Shown one piece after another: positions 22,501 to 55,689 of a stretch of 64,000 nt of DNA. Below the pieces are notes generated by a model, which was not told the origin of the DNA, did not search any database, and was given only the letters and a program-made list of their open reading frames with translations. A program made the translations under genes and the position numbers. This DNA is from Macrostomum lignano (taxonomy: Eukaryota). Within the stretch, counting starts at the first letter, position 1, and every line of letters begins with the position of its first letter. The DNA is taken from contig NIVC01000136.1 in NCBI GenBank assembly GCA_002269645.1, forward strand, positions 310,001-374,000. The letters are read 5' to 3'.

Positions 22501-25500
22501 ATGGATGACAAGCAGAATGGGGTGGCTGACCAAGGGGTGAAAGGTAATTCAGTCATCATGTGGAATCATGCTATTTGCTTAGTTTGTTAAATACCAGTAT
22601 ATTACATTAGGTATATTTATTTTAAAGTTCACCATTGGTTTATTATTGGTAAAGACCAATCAAATCAGCCTGGGTTTTTCAAGGTTGGAAATCCAGTTGC
22701 CAGCTGGCCCTTGGGGCTCAAAATCTAGTTCCCAACTACACTCTAGATCATGTAGTATATGCTTGAAAATTCAGGCATGTATTGGCCTTGCATGCCAAAA
22801 GTAGATGTGCATAGTTGGTATGCATCACTCCTAAGAAATAGTGTATGTGCATACCTAGTGTGCACTTTAAAGAATCATGCAGAAGAGTTATTGTGATGTA
22901 GAAAAAATTAAAAAAGTTTATTTTTAAGCATTTATTTCAAGCTTTCTTTTTTTTAAACTTGTAATTTAAAGAATTTAAACAAATTTTTGCATGTATCAAT
23001 TTTCCATTAGTAATAGCATTATCAAAAAAGCAGAAAAACTAACCAAATTATTTGTCAAAAAGGGTCCATTATGTAATTAAAGAAGGTCATTTATTGTCAC
23101 AATGTAAAAAAGGTCATTTATTATTGCAACATTGGCATTATATTGAGACTTGATATGTACTCAATTTTTTTCAGCATGCATTTATAATTATTTGATTTTT
23201 GTTCGGGTGTACACCTAGCATGATCCTGATTATGGGTTGCCAATGGCTATTTTTGGTTGCCCATTGGCAATTAGCCACATTCCCAAATATGAATATTTTT
23301 AAGATTAGGTTTAAAAAGCAAAAATTTGTTCTCTCAACTGTAAGATTGCTAGGCCTATCTATGCTGCAAATAATACCAAACTAACAATTCTATCATATTG
23401 ATTCAAATAGCACTTTTATTACATTTACAAAATCATTTTTTAAATTTGGCAACTAGCATAAAAAAATGAAGTTGCTAGATTGGCCTTTAATGTTGAAAAT
23501 CTAGTTGCCAATGCAATTTTCAAGGGGCCAAAAAAACCTATATAGCCCAAAAACCTTGCAATCAGCCAAAGTTTTTTTGCATATAACATTGTTATTAGCT
23601 AGTATTTTATCAGGCTTATCTTGTATTAAAATTTTATTAATTAAATAAATAAGATATAAAGATGATAGTTTTAAATACCAAACACTTCAATGCTATTTAT
23701 CAGTTAGATATTAGATACTTATAAGTGCAACATAGTTTATTATCACTAGCTACTTTGCCATACTCCAGAAAGCATAGATCATGCCATCATGCCAGAACAT
23801 TCTGGTGTGCATTTGGTTTTGCCTAAAATTGTGGTGTCCATTGGTATATATTTGGGTATTGAATGCCAAAAGTAGCATATTGGCATGCTATGGCATAGAA
23901 TATCATATGGCATATGTCATATAGCATAGAATAGCTGGCATAGAATATGGCGTGGCATGATTATAATAGTAGGGCATATCTTGTTGAGACAAAAAAATTG
24001 TGAAAAGACATGGTATTGTTAAAAAAGAATTCTTTTTTCTTAGTTTTATTGCAAAATGGCAAGTAAATTTTAATGTGCCAAAAAAAAATGTAGTATATTC
24101 ACATTTTATAATTGTTTTTTTAAAGTTAAAGGTGTTTTTGTAGTGCATTTTTAAACATAAAAAGGACATTTTTAAACATAAACTTTTTGTGGTTGCAACC
24201 ACAAAAAGTCATTTATTATTGCAATTGCTAAAAGTAAGTTGGTGTTGATATGCATTTGCTTGGCACTAGTGTGCATTTACATGGTACTGACATACATTGA
24301 TTCAGAGCATTCTAGCAGGCACTCAACATGATCATGACATGACTATGGCTACTTTGCAATATCAAATCACTTTGGCTACACTAGTTTAGTGCCTAATTGA
24401 ATCCTTAATATTGCTCTTGTGTTAAATTTACTTGGATGCAATTTTTTAGTGGAATTAATATAGATTTACAATTATTTAATAGTAGTATAATATATTGAAT
24501 AGTATGCAGTGTAACAATGTTTTATTATATATTACAATTTCTAAAAGGCTAAATACAATTAGCAGTCATTCTACTAAGGATTAGGGTCTAGGATAGACAA
24601 GTCCTAAGAGCAAATAGGAAGAGAACTTTAAAACAATTCAAATAAATGGTTGCAATTCCTATTGGAATAAGTTAACAAATCGTGGATGGCCATCTGTCAC
24701 ATTTTCAACATTTTCTATTGTTGCATTGCAGTCATACATGGGCAACTTTGGGAATCACCTGGCCGTTTCTATTGGCAACACATACATGTAAGTCGCTATT
24801 GGCTGAGAGCAGTCACGTGACTACTATTCCGTCCCGCTACTTACATATGCATGTTGCCAATAGAAACGGCTGAGTGAATCCCAAGGTTGCGCCCAAGCAT
24901 GATTGCAGTGGAAGGGTGGTTGTGGTTGATGGGTGGTGGAGCTAGAAGTGTGGCGCCTGTGCAACACCACAGGAGTAACATACTCATTGTTTAAGACTTT
25001 AAGTATAGAGTTTCAGAATGTTTACTTTATTTTCTGGGTTTTTTATCAGTCATTATTTGTAATTTTCCACCATGCTTCATAATTTTTCAAATCATGATTT
25101 TTTGCATTGTGATGCATTTTTCATGCTTTTGTCGCGTGTGTTGCATATTTAAACTACTTTTTTGCACGTGTTGCACATCTGTGGGTTTTTGAAACTTATT
25201 CCAATTGGGGTTGTAATTGATATAATATTCTAGTTTGGAGTTACATTCAGTAGAGTGTATTATAGTCAAAATGTTCAAAATAAACAAATCACAGATGGTT
25301 AAAAAAAGTTAAAAAATTTTTTTTCTAATTATAATGGCAGACGGATTGCACAACATGGAACAGTCTGAAGCTGTGCAGCAGTGGCGAGCCCAGTTCGAGG
25401 CCAAGATAAGCGAGAAAAACGCCTCCGAGGTGGCGGCCTTGGATCAGTGGCGTCGGGCCGCCACTCAAGAGTTCTCCGCTTGGCTGCGCAACCACGAAGA

Positions 25501-26727
25501 CGAGCTGGCTAGGAATAAGAGGCTTAATCGGGACAGTCAGGAAGCCTATCTTCAAGATAGGGAGCAGGGAGCTCATGGTTGGTGCTGTTTTGAGCAGTTG
25601 CTGTCTTGCTCTCATGGGCAAGAGGGTGGGATTCAGTCTGTGTGTGTTTAGGGGATGGGATTCAGCCTGTGTGTGTTTAGGGGATGGGATTCAGCCTGTG
25701 TGTGTTTAGGGGATGGGATTCAGCCTGTCTGTGTGTGTTTAAGGGATGGGATTAAGTCTGTGTGTGTTTAGAGGATGGGATTCAGTCTGTGTGTGTTTAG
25801 GGGATGGGATTCAGTCTGTGTGTGTTTAGGGGATGGGATTCAGTCTGTGTGTGTTTAGGGGATGGAATTCAGTCTGTGTGTGTTTAGGGGATGGGATTCA
25901 GTCTGTGTGTGTTTAGGGGATGGGATTCAGTCTGTGTGTGTTTAGGGGGTGGGATTCAGTCTGTGTGTGTTTAGGGGATGGGATTCAGTCTGTGTGTGTT
26001 TAGGGGATGGGATTCAGTCTGTGTGTGTGTTTAGGGGATGGGATTCAGTCTGTGTGTGTGTTTAGGGGATGGGATTCAGTCTGTGTGTGTGTTTAGGGGT
26101 GGGATTCAGTCTGTGTGTGTGTTTAGGGGATGAGATTCAGTCTGTGTGTGTGTTTAGGGGATGGGATTCAGTCTGTGTGTGTTTAGGGGATGGGATTCAG
26201 TCTGTGTGTGTTTAGGGGATGGGATTCAGTCTGTGTGTGTTTAGGGGATGGGATTCAGCCTGTGTGTGTGTGTTTAGGGGATGGGATTCAGCCTGTGTGT
26301 GTGTTTAGGGGATGGGATTCAGCCTGTGTGTGTGTTTAGGGGATGGGATTCAGCCTGTGTGTGTTTAGGGGATGCGATTCAGTCTGTGTGTTTAGGGGAT
26401 GGGATTCAGCCTGTGTGTGTGTGTGTTTAGGGGATGGGATTCAGCCTGTGTGTGTGTGTGTGTGTGTGTTTAGGGAATGGGATTCAGCCTGTGTGTGTTT
26501 AGGGGATGGGATTCAGCCTGTGTGTATGTTCAGAGAATGGGATTCATTTTATTTTTAACACCAGACTGCATTTTCCCCAACGCCGCACCAACACAGGTGG
26601 AGAGTGGCACCGCGTGGCCATTCTGTGCGACCTCGCCGCTAACTCTGGTGCCGCCGCCAGGCCGTCGCTGCCGGCAAAAGACGTGAGCAGGATGCGCGGA
26701 ATTCTCGGCCGGTTGGGTGCCGAGTAG
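22501..26727 (+). CDS. CLC: Clathrin light chain-like protein (short N-terminus)
   Basis: Exons 25341-25577 (EAVQQWRAQFEAKISEK...WLRNHEDELARNKRLNRDSQEAYL) and 26597-26727 (GGEWHRVAILCDL...AKDVSRMRGIL) match the CLC heavy-chain-binding helix and the C-terminal WERVARLCD...KDVSRMR motif. A putative upstream exon 22501-22543 (MDDKQNGVADQGVK, phase 1) is less certain; the alternative start is the ATG at 25334. Confidence 0.85.
24727..24907. repeat. ~67-bp-arm imperfect inverted repeat centred on AGTCACGTGACT
   Basis: Arms 24727-24793 and 24839-24907 are reverse complements (GCCGTTTCTATTGGCAACA / TGTTGCCAATAGAAACGGC). Confidence 0.85.
25627..26545 (+). repeat. ~29-bp minisatellite (GGGATTCAGTCTGTGTGTGTTTAGGGGAT)n filling a CLC intron
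   Basis: About 30 copies with a variable internal (TG)n. Confidence 0.97.
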
Positions 26728-27989
26728 AAAGGCACGTCGTTGGTTGAATTTAATTTTATCAACTCATAATTCATTTGAGCTATAATTTGTTATAATCAGC
26801 TGCTCCGTGATAAATACGTTTGTGCTTATTGATTTTAAAGCTCTGTTTAATACAGCTCGTAGTTACAAGTATTAAAATTTTCTGTTAGAATATAGCACAC
26901 ACACACACACAGACACACACATCTCAAGAAAAGCACATCAGTACTCGTAATTAAATGTACATGCAGGTAGTCGCTTTCTTCGTTGTCACAGCAACGGAAT
27001 AGTTCTACACTATTTTGTAGTTAGCGTTACTCAATATTAGCATTTCGTTCTTTAAATCTGTTGTGATCAGCTTTTATATTAATTTACGCTTTTATCGGCA
27101 TAATAATACCAAGTACTTGTACTTGTACAATTCATTCATTGCTATTATTTGTTATCTGTTCGAGAATCTGCAATTGTAGCTTTCATGTAATTTACAGCTT
27201 TTGTTTCTGAATTAGTACAATACATATAAAAATAAATTTACATTACTTGTTTACAATAGAAAAAGTTGGTATTTAATAACATATAATAATATATATAATT
27301 TTATATTGATTTTTTGTTCTGTCATGCGTGTTTTAATTTTCCAAAGTAAATTAATCAATCATAAGTAAATTAATTTTAATTATGTATATACTTGAAGTAT
27401 ACGTTACAGATAGAGACGATAAAATTGTTTCTTAAGTGCTGCGAGACAATTGTAATCGGCGTATACCATTCAATTGGCTTTCAGAATAGGCAGCAGAACC
27501 CTCTGCTATTTTAAGACCAGCGTTCGTAAGATAAGTTCGTAAGACCAGAGCATACTATGCTCCTCGTCTAAGAAATTCTTTACTGGCCGTCGTTTACATG
27601 TAAATAGGCATTTGTGCTTGTGTAACTGTTACGAGCATGGGCTAATAAAGTCGACTTGCGCACTAGTGATTCGACAAGTACATATTACTACTCCAGTAGC
27701 CATGGTTACGAGCAAATATTATAGGGACTGTACTGTAGAAATGAAGAGACCGATAGTCCGCCAAAAACTATTTGGAGCTGAGGCTCAAGCGAGACGATAT
27801 CAAAACGTAAAGCGTAAACCGTACACAGGGCTAATAAGCTCTCTCGATGATATATATATTGCAGTCAGTCAGAATCAGCCAGCGTGGAGGGGGGTGGGTG
27901 AGATGGGCCTGGGCTAAATCAGCGTACATAGAAAATTGAATAATAAACACGTACGTACATTAAATCACGCAGTGGAATTGGAAAGAAAA

Positions 27990-30085
27990 TCTAAATATAC
28001 TAAATCTCTAAGGTTTGTATGTTTGAATGCTTGTCCATAACGCTCTAGAGATCGCAATTCTTCACCGATTTTGATCGTGTTTTCGCCAAAAGATTCAAAT
28101 CTAAATATACTAAATCTTCTAATATACTAAAAATGTGATGTCTATATATATGTGATAGATTAGAGAAAAAATGGCTGGACCGATTTTGTTCGAACTTGCA
28201 CTGTTCGATCAGAAATTTTCCCGTGACTGTACATGCATCGTGGCTAAGAAATTGCTCGATGCTAAAGGCATTAAATATTCGAAAAACATGCTTTTTTTGC
28301 AAAGGTCAAGCAAACTTTTTGACTTGAAATGCATTGTAAGAATGCTAGAGAAAAAACTGACTGGTTGAATTCTGACTCTGAAATAGATTGCATCATAACT
28401 GAATTGTAACTCCGACTTGAATTGAAAATGCAGTGTGGAAGCGTAGCACCAGACTTGATTTAAATTGCGTAACCATATTGTTAACTGATACTGACTGACT
28501 GAGAAACTGATTATGTCATAACTGCTTCGTGTGATTTACTCTATGCTTGGATTTAAAAGTGTTGAGTTATATGCAGTGACGATGGTTTGAATTTTCATAG
28601 AGTATAATTTTTTTAATTAAAGCTTTTCAACGTCAGGAAAACTAAAAGACTTTTTAAAAAGAAGCCTCATGTAAAAATCATAGAAGCGTCATTTACAAAA
28701 TCATAGAAGCATCATTTAAAAAATCATAGAAGCGTCATTTACAAAATCATAGAAGCATCATTTAAAAAATCATAGAAGCGTCATGTAAACAATCATAGAA
28801 GCGTCATGTAAACAATCATAGAAGCGTCATGTAAAAAATCGTAGAAGCGTCATGTAAACAATCATAGAAGCGTCAAGAAAAAATCATAGAAGCCTCATTT
28901 AAAACTAATGAGAGTGTCATTTAAAAAATTAAGAAGCGTCACGGTAGAATAAAAGAAACGTCATGTCAGACATGAAGGTGTCATGTAAAAATTAAATGCA
29001 ATTATAGTGCTGTGCTGGGGAGAAAAACTGAGACGTAAAGGCTCTCAGAGAATAACTGAGATTACGGGGGGGGGGGTTTCTGAGATGTCAAAGCAAAAGT
29101 CAGAAGCTACTTCAAAGTTCATGTACTTTACTCCATTTTTTATTGCATTCTTTGTTGGCTCGTCACGGGGGGGCGCTGATAGAAGAAAAGTCATGTAAAA
29201 AATAAAAGTAGCACTATGTATACATAAAAGAAAGTCATGTCGAAGTTAAAAGATTCATTTGGGAATTGCTACGATGTCAAAGCTTGGTGGAAATCGTTAT
29301 AGTGCTGTGATTCTTAAAGAAAGAATCACTAAAATGTCAAGGCTTAGGGGAGAAGAATTGCTGAGATTTCAAGGCTTTAGGTTGGGTTAAAGTAAGGTTT
29401 AGGTCAGGTGTGGGTTGAGGGTTATATTTTATCGGGTTTCAAGGTTAACAGGGGATTTTTTAGATTTCAAGGTTTATGGGGGCCATTGCTGACATGTCAA
29501 GGCTTACGGGGGGAATAGCTGAGATGTCAAGGCTCACGGGGGTATAAATGAGATTTCAAAGCTAAAGTCAGAAGCTACATGTAGTTTATTGAAAACTTTT
29601 TATTACATTATTTGATGCCTCCTCAGGGGAGGGATCGCTGATAAAAAAACGTAATGTAAAAAATAAAAGAAGCTTCATGTCGAAGTTAAGAGATTCATTT
29701 GGGAATCCCTACGATGTTGAGGCTTGCAAGGAATCGCTATATTGCTGTAGTAGTGCTATAATGACTCTTAGAGAGAATTACTGAAATTTCAATGCTTTAG
29801 GGTTAGGTTAGGGTTAGGGTTAGGGTTAGGGTTAGGGTTAGGGTTAGGCTAGGGTTAGGGTTAGAAGGTTGACAGATATTTTTAGATTTCCAAGGCTTAT
29901 TGGGGGCATTGCTGAGATGTCAAGGGGGGAAGTTGATATGTTAAAGCTTGTGGGGGGATAACTGACATGTCAAGGCTTACAAGGTTTGACAGGAGATTTT
30001 TTAAGATTTCAAGGATACATGTAGCTTATTAAAAAAACGTGTATTGCATTTCTTTGGCTCCCCAACGGGGGGCGTAGATTGCTAG
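27990..30085 (+). mobile_element. Non-autonomous Helitron, copy 1
   Basis: Inserted between A (27989) and T (30086); 5' TC..., 3' hairpin GCTCCCCAACGGGGGGC then CTAG; AAATGGCTGGACCGATTTT subterminal motif; no TSD; colinear with copy 2. Confidence 0.8.
29797..29864 (+). repeat. Interstitial telomeric repeat (TTAGGG)~11 inside Helitron copy 1
   Basis: Direct reading of the sequence. Confidence 0.95.
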
Positions 30086-32454
30086 TCAATGCTACTAATC
30101 TACCTCCCAAACAGTGACATTCATTACAGTAATAACTTCAAGAGTACGTAAAAATAATGTTATTACAGTGAGTTGTGTAAATTCAATGAGGGAAAATAAT
30201 CCAAACCACAGCTTTTGGTTGTACATTGGAATTTTTCACGTGGATATGATTTTCTGTTGCCACAATTCTTTCGGCTTGTACGTGTCTGTTGCAAGGGTTT
30301 TAACAATATGTAACGTTTTTAATAGTTTTCCATTTGTAAGAAAAGCCACTAAGATAATAAAAAGTGTGTTTTTGCGTTTTTCAAAACAGAAAGTGAGTAA
30401 AATATAGCATAAAAAAACAGTATAGTTTTCGTGATTTTTCTATCTGTTTACTCATATCTTTCCTCGAAAGTAAGGTTCTGACTGGTACCTTGGCGTGTAC
30501 TGATCGTTAACTGACTTCGAATCACTTTCGATTACGCTGTTCTAGCATTTCTCGTACTTCTTAGTGGACTGTCGAGAATGTAGTCTTTCTTGTACTTCGC
30601 ACTCAACAATAATACCAAAAATTAAGTTTACATTCGATACGTCCAAACATTCTCTGTAAATAATATAATACTACAATACTACATCATGACATGATGACTG
30701 ATGTAGTAATATATTAAATTTTCGTTCAGCTGAGCCGCTAGAATATAACTCCTTGTTTGACTTAGTCTTAAGCTAGATTACGCTGAAACCAGCGGCTTAA
30801 TATATGGAACTAATGGGCTGGTTTCATGAAAAAAGTATTGTATATTTTCACTAATACTTGTACTGTATTGTATTTTACATTCATATAATTTTTTGATGGT
30901 CACTTTCAGAAATATTTCTATGTCATATTTAGTTTAATCTTTAATGGCCAACTCTATATTTAAATAGAGTTGCAATAAAAGTGAAAAATAATATTTTAAG
31001 TGTCACTAGTTTATGCTAGTGATTTTTTTTGTTAATTTCTAAGACTGATACCAAAGAACAATTAAAATTTATAATAGCCTAAAACAATTTAATTTTTAAA
31101 TTCAAAAGTAAATTGTTGATCCTAATTAATTAGATTTATTTATTTAATAGGGCCTATGCAATTATTAATGTTAGTTTTAGCAATTTTTTTATTTGCTATT
31201 TTTTGTCCAAGTTAATATATAAATATTGGTCACATATAAAAGCAGTCAATGCAACTGGCAATTGTACTTCAAAAATATAAATGTGGGCTTGTAGTAAATA
31301 CTTTTAAATGTATCTCCCATTATATTAGTGTTTCATTGACAATTGTTCTTTTCATTACATTTCCTATATTGCATGATTTTAACACTATCAAAAAGTTCTA
31401 TAAAGGCCTAGTTTTCAAAGCAGATTTATGTGTATATATAATTATTAGAATTCTTACTCTTGCTTTTGCTGCTATATTTTTCATTTTTGTTTCTACAGTA
31501 CAGAAGCTTTTGAAGGTGCTGATCTTAAAATGAAGTCTCATTGCTATATAACTTTGAACTAAATCCTTTTAGCTTCAAAGCATCCACTAGGACATGGGGA
31601 ATAAGAGTTTAGGGCAGGGATATTTTTTATAGGGATTGATTTTATATATATATATATTTCACTAGAAGCTGATTTTGTATCTTTAGACTATAAGGCCTAT
31701 AGCTACAAATGCTGAAACATACTGGACATACACAGTCATCATTAAACAGATTTTGGGAAGAAGCAATTGAATTTATTTAAGCATTTAGTTTTTCTTATCA
31801 GTCTGTGACAAAAAGTTTCATAGAAAATTAAAAAGCATTTTATATACCAATGTTTCATCCTATATACTAAAAATGAAAATCTTGCTTGCTTGCTTGTAAT
31901 CGATTAGAGAAAAAATGGCTGGACCGATTTTCATGAGACTTGCACTGTTTGATCAGAAATTTTCCCGTGACGGTACATGCATCTTGGCTAAGAAATTGCT
32001 CCATGTTAAAGCGATTAAATATTCGAAAAACATGCTTTTTTGCAAAGGTCAAGCAAACTTTTCGACTTGAAATGCATTGTAAGAATGCTAGAGAAAAAAC
32101 TGACTGGTTGAATTCTGATTCTGAAATGGATTGCATCATAACTGAATTGTAACTCTGACTTGAATTGAAAATGCAGTGTGGAAGCGTAGCACCAGACTTG
32201 ATTTAAATTGCGTAACCATATTGTTAACTGATACTGACTGACTGAGAAATTGATTATGTCATAACTGCCTCGTGTGATTTACTCCATGCTTGGAGTTTTG
32301 AAACTTATAATTATAAGTGCTAAAATTCATATTATCAAAACGATGAGAGCTAGCCTAGAGGTAAACAGACTGACTGCTAAATGCAGGGACGATGGTTCGA
32401 ATTTTGAGAGAGTGGAATTTTTTTAATTAAAGCTTTTTAACACCAAGAAGAAAA

Positions 32455-33900
32455 CTAAAAAATTATAGAAGCGTCATGTAAAAAATCATAGAAGCGTCCT
32501 GCAGAAATCGTAGAAGCATCATGTAAAAATCATAGAAGCGTCATGTAAAAAATCGTGGAAGCGTCATGAAAATATCATAGAAGCGTCATGTAAAAAATCA
32601 TAGAAGCGTCATGAAAATATCATAGAAGCGTCATGTAAAAATCATAGAAGCGTCATGTAAACAATCATAGAAGCGTCATGTAAAAAATCATAGAAGCGTC
32701 ATGTAAACAATCATAGAAGCGTCATGTAAAAAATCATAGAAGCGTCATGTAAACAATCATAGAAGCGTCATGTAAAAAATCATAGAAGCGTCATGTAAAC
32801 AATCATAGAAGCGTCATGTAAAAAATCATAGAAGCGTCATGTAAACAATCATAGAAGCGTCATGCAAAAAATCATAGAAGTGTCATGTAAAAAATCATGG
32901 AAGCGTCATGTAAAAATCATAGAAGCGTCATGAAAAAATCATAGAAGTGTCATGTAAAAAATCATGGAAGCGTCATGTAAAAAATCATAGAAGCGTCATG
33001 TAAAAATCATAGAAGCGTCATGTAAAAAGCATAGAAGCGTCATGTAAAAAATCATGGAAGCGTCATGTAAAAATCATAGTAGCGTCATGTAAAAAATCAT
33101 AGAAGCGTCATGAAAAAATCATAGAAGCGTCATGAAAAAAACATAGGAGCGTCATGAAATAATCATAGAAGCGTCATGTAAAAAGCATAGAAGCGTCATG
33201 TAAAAAATCATGGAAGCGTCATGTAAAAATCATAGTAGCGTCATGTAAAAATCATAGAAGCGTCATGAAAAAATCATAGAAACGTCATGAAAAAAACATA
33301 GGAGCGTCATGAAAAAATCATAGAAGCGTCATGAAAAAAACATAGGAGCGTCATGAAAAAATCATAGAAACGTCATGTAAAAATCATAGAAGAGTCATGT
33401 AAAAATCATAGAATCGTCATATAAAAAGCATAGAAGCGTCATATAAACAATCACAGAAGCGTCATGAAAAAATCATGGAAGCGTCATGTAAAAATCATAG
33501 AAGTGTCATGTAAAAAATCATGGAAGCGTCATGAAAAAATCATAGAAGCGTCATGAAAAAATCATAGGAGCGTCATGAAAAAATCATAGAAGCATCATGT
33601 AAAAATCATAGAAGCGTCCTGCAGAAATCGTAGAAGCATCATGTAAACAACCATAGAAGCTTCATGTAAACAATCATCGAAGCGTTATGAAATAATCATA
33701 GAAGCGTCATGTAAAAAGCACAGAAGCGTCATGTAAAAAGCATAAAAGCGTCATGTAAACAATCATAGAAGCGTCATGAAAAAATCATAGAAGCCTCATT
33801 TAAAAACTAATGAAAGCGTCATTTAAAAAATTAAGAAGCATCATGGAAGAATAAAAGAAGTGTAATGTAAAAATCAAAAGAAGCGTCATGTCAGACATGA
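32455..33900 (+). repeat. ~22-23-bp tandem repeat (AAAAATCATAGAAGCGTCATGT)n inside Helitron copy 2
   Basis: About 60 copies here versus about 12 at 28668-28960 in copy 1. Confidence 0.95.
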
Positions 33901-34678
33901 AGGATGTCATGTAAAAATGAAATGCAGCTATAATGCTGTGCTGGGAAGAAAAACTGAGACGTAAAGGCTCTCAGAGAATAACTGAGATTACGAGGGGGGT
34001 TGTTTCTGGGATCTCAAAGCAAAAGTCAGAAGCTACTTCAAAGTTCATGTACTTTACTCAATTTTTTATTGCATTCTTTGTTGGCTCGCCATTGGGGGGG
34101 GGTGCTGATAGAAGAAGAGTCATGTAAAAAATAAAAGTAGCACTATGTATACATAAAAGACAAGTCATGTCGAAGTTAAAAGATTCATTTGGGAATTGCT
34201 ACGATGTCAAAGCTTGGTGGAAATCGTTATAGTGCTGTGATTCTTAAAGAAGGAATCACTAAAATGTCAAGGCTTAGGGGAGAAGAATTGCTGAGATTTC
34301 AAGGCTTTAGGTTGGGTTAAAGTTAGGTTTAGGTCAGGTGTGGGTTGAGGGTTATATTTTATCGGGTTTCAAGGTTAACAGTGGATTTTTTAGATTTCAA
34401 GGTTTATGGGGGCCATCGCTGACATGTCAAGGCTTACGGACGGGGGGGGGGAATAGCTGAGATGTCAAGGCTCACGGGGGTATAAATGAGATTTCAAGGC
34501 TAAAGTCAGAAGCTACATGTAGTTTATTGAAAACTTTTTATTACATTATTTGATGCCTCCTCAGGCGAGGGATCGCTGATAAAAAAAGCGTTATGTAAAA
34601 AATAAAAGAAGCTTATCGCTATAATGCTGTAGTAGTGCTATAATGACTCTTAGAGAGAATTACTGAAATTTCAATGCT

Positions 34679-34711
34679 TTAGGGTTAGGTTAGGGTTAGG
34701 GTTAGGGTTAG
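34679..34711 (+). repeat. Interstitial telomeric repeat (TTAGGG)~5 inside Helitron copy 2
   Basis: Same position within the element as 29797-29864. Confidence 0.9.
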
Positions 34712-35092
34712 AAGGTTGACAGATATTTTTAGATTTCCAAGGCTTATTGGGGGCATTGCTGAGATGTCAAGGGGGGAAGTTGATATGTTAAAGCTGGGGG
34801 GGGAATTACTGACATGTCAAGGCTTACAAGGTTTGACAGGAGATTTTTTAAGATTTCAAGGATGCATGTAGCTTATTAAAAAAACGTGTATAGCATTTCT
34901 TTGGCTCCCCAACGGGGGGCGTAGATTGCTAGTAAGTATATTAAAAGTCTTCAATATTAAGTAGAATCTCAGTTTTAGCATTATCTATAAAACATTAATT
35001 TGCTATTTCATATGCTTCTTTTATTTTCTTATTTTCAGAGAAAAACATGATAAAATAGAAAACACTGCCATTACCAGTAATAACAATCAGCG

Positions 35093-55678
<20,586 letters not shown>

Positions 55679-55689
55679 TACCTGGCATG

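Larger units (their letters stand above)
31858..34932 (+). mobile_element. Non-autonomous Helitron, copy 2
   Basis: A|TCCTATATAC...hairpin...CTAG|T termini; homologous to 28117-30085; longer mainly because of internal repeat expansion. Confidence 0.85.

Noticed and set aside
29797-29864. True telomere or chromosome-fusion site
   Set aside because: Short, single orientation, and present at the same position in both Helitron copies.
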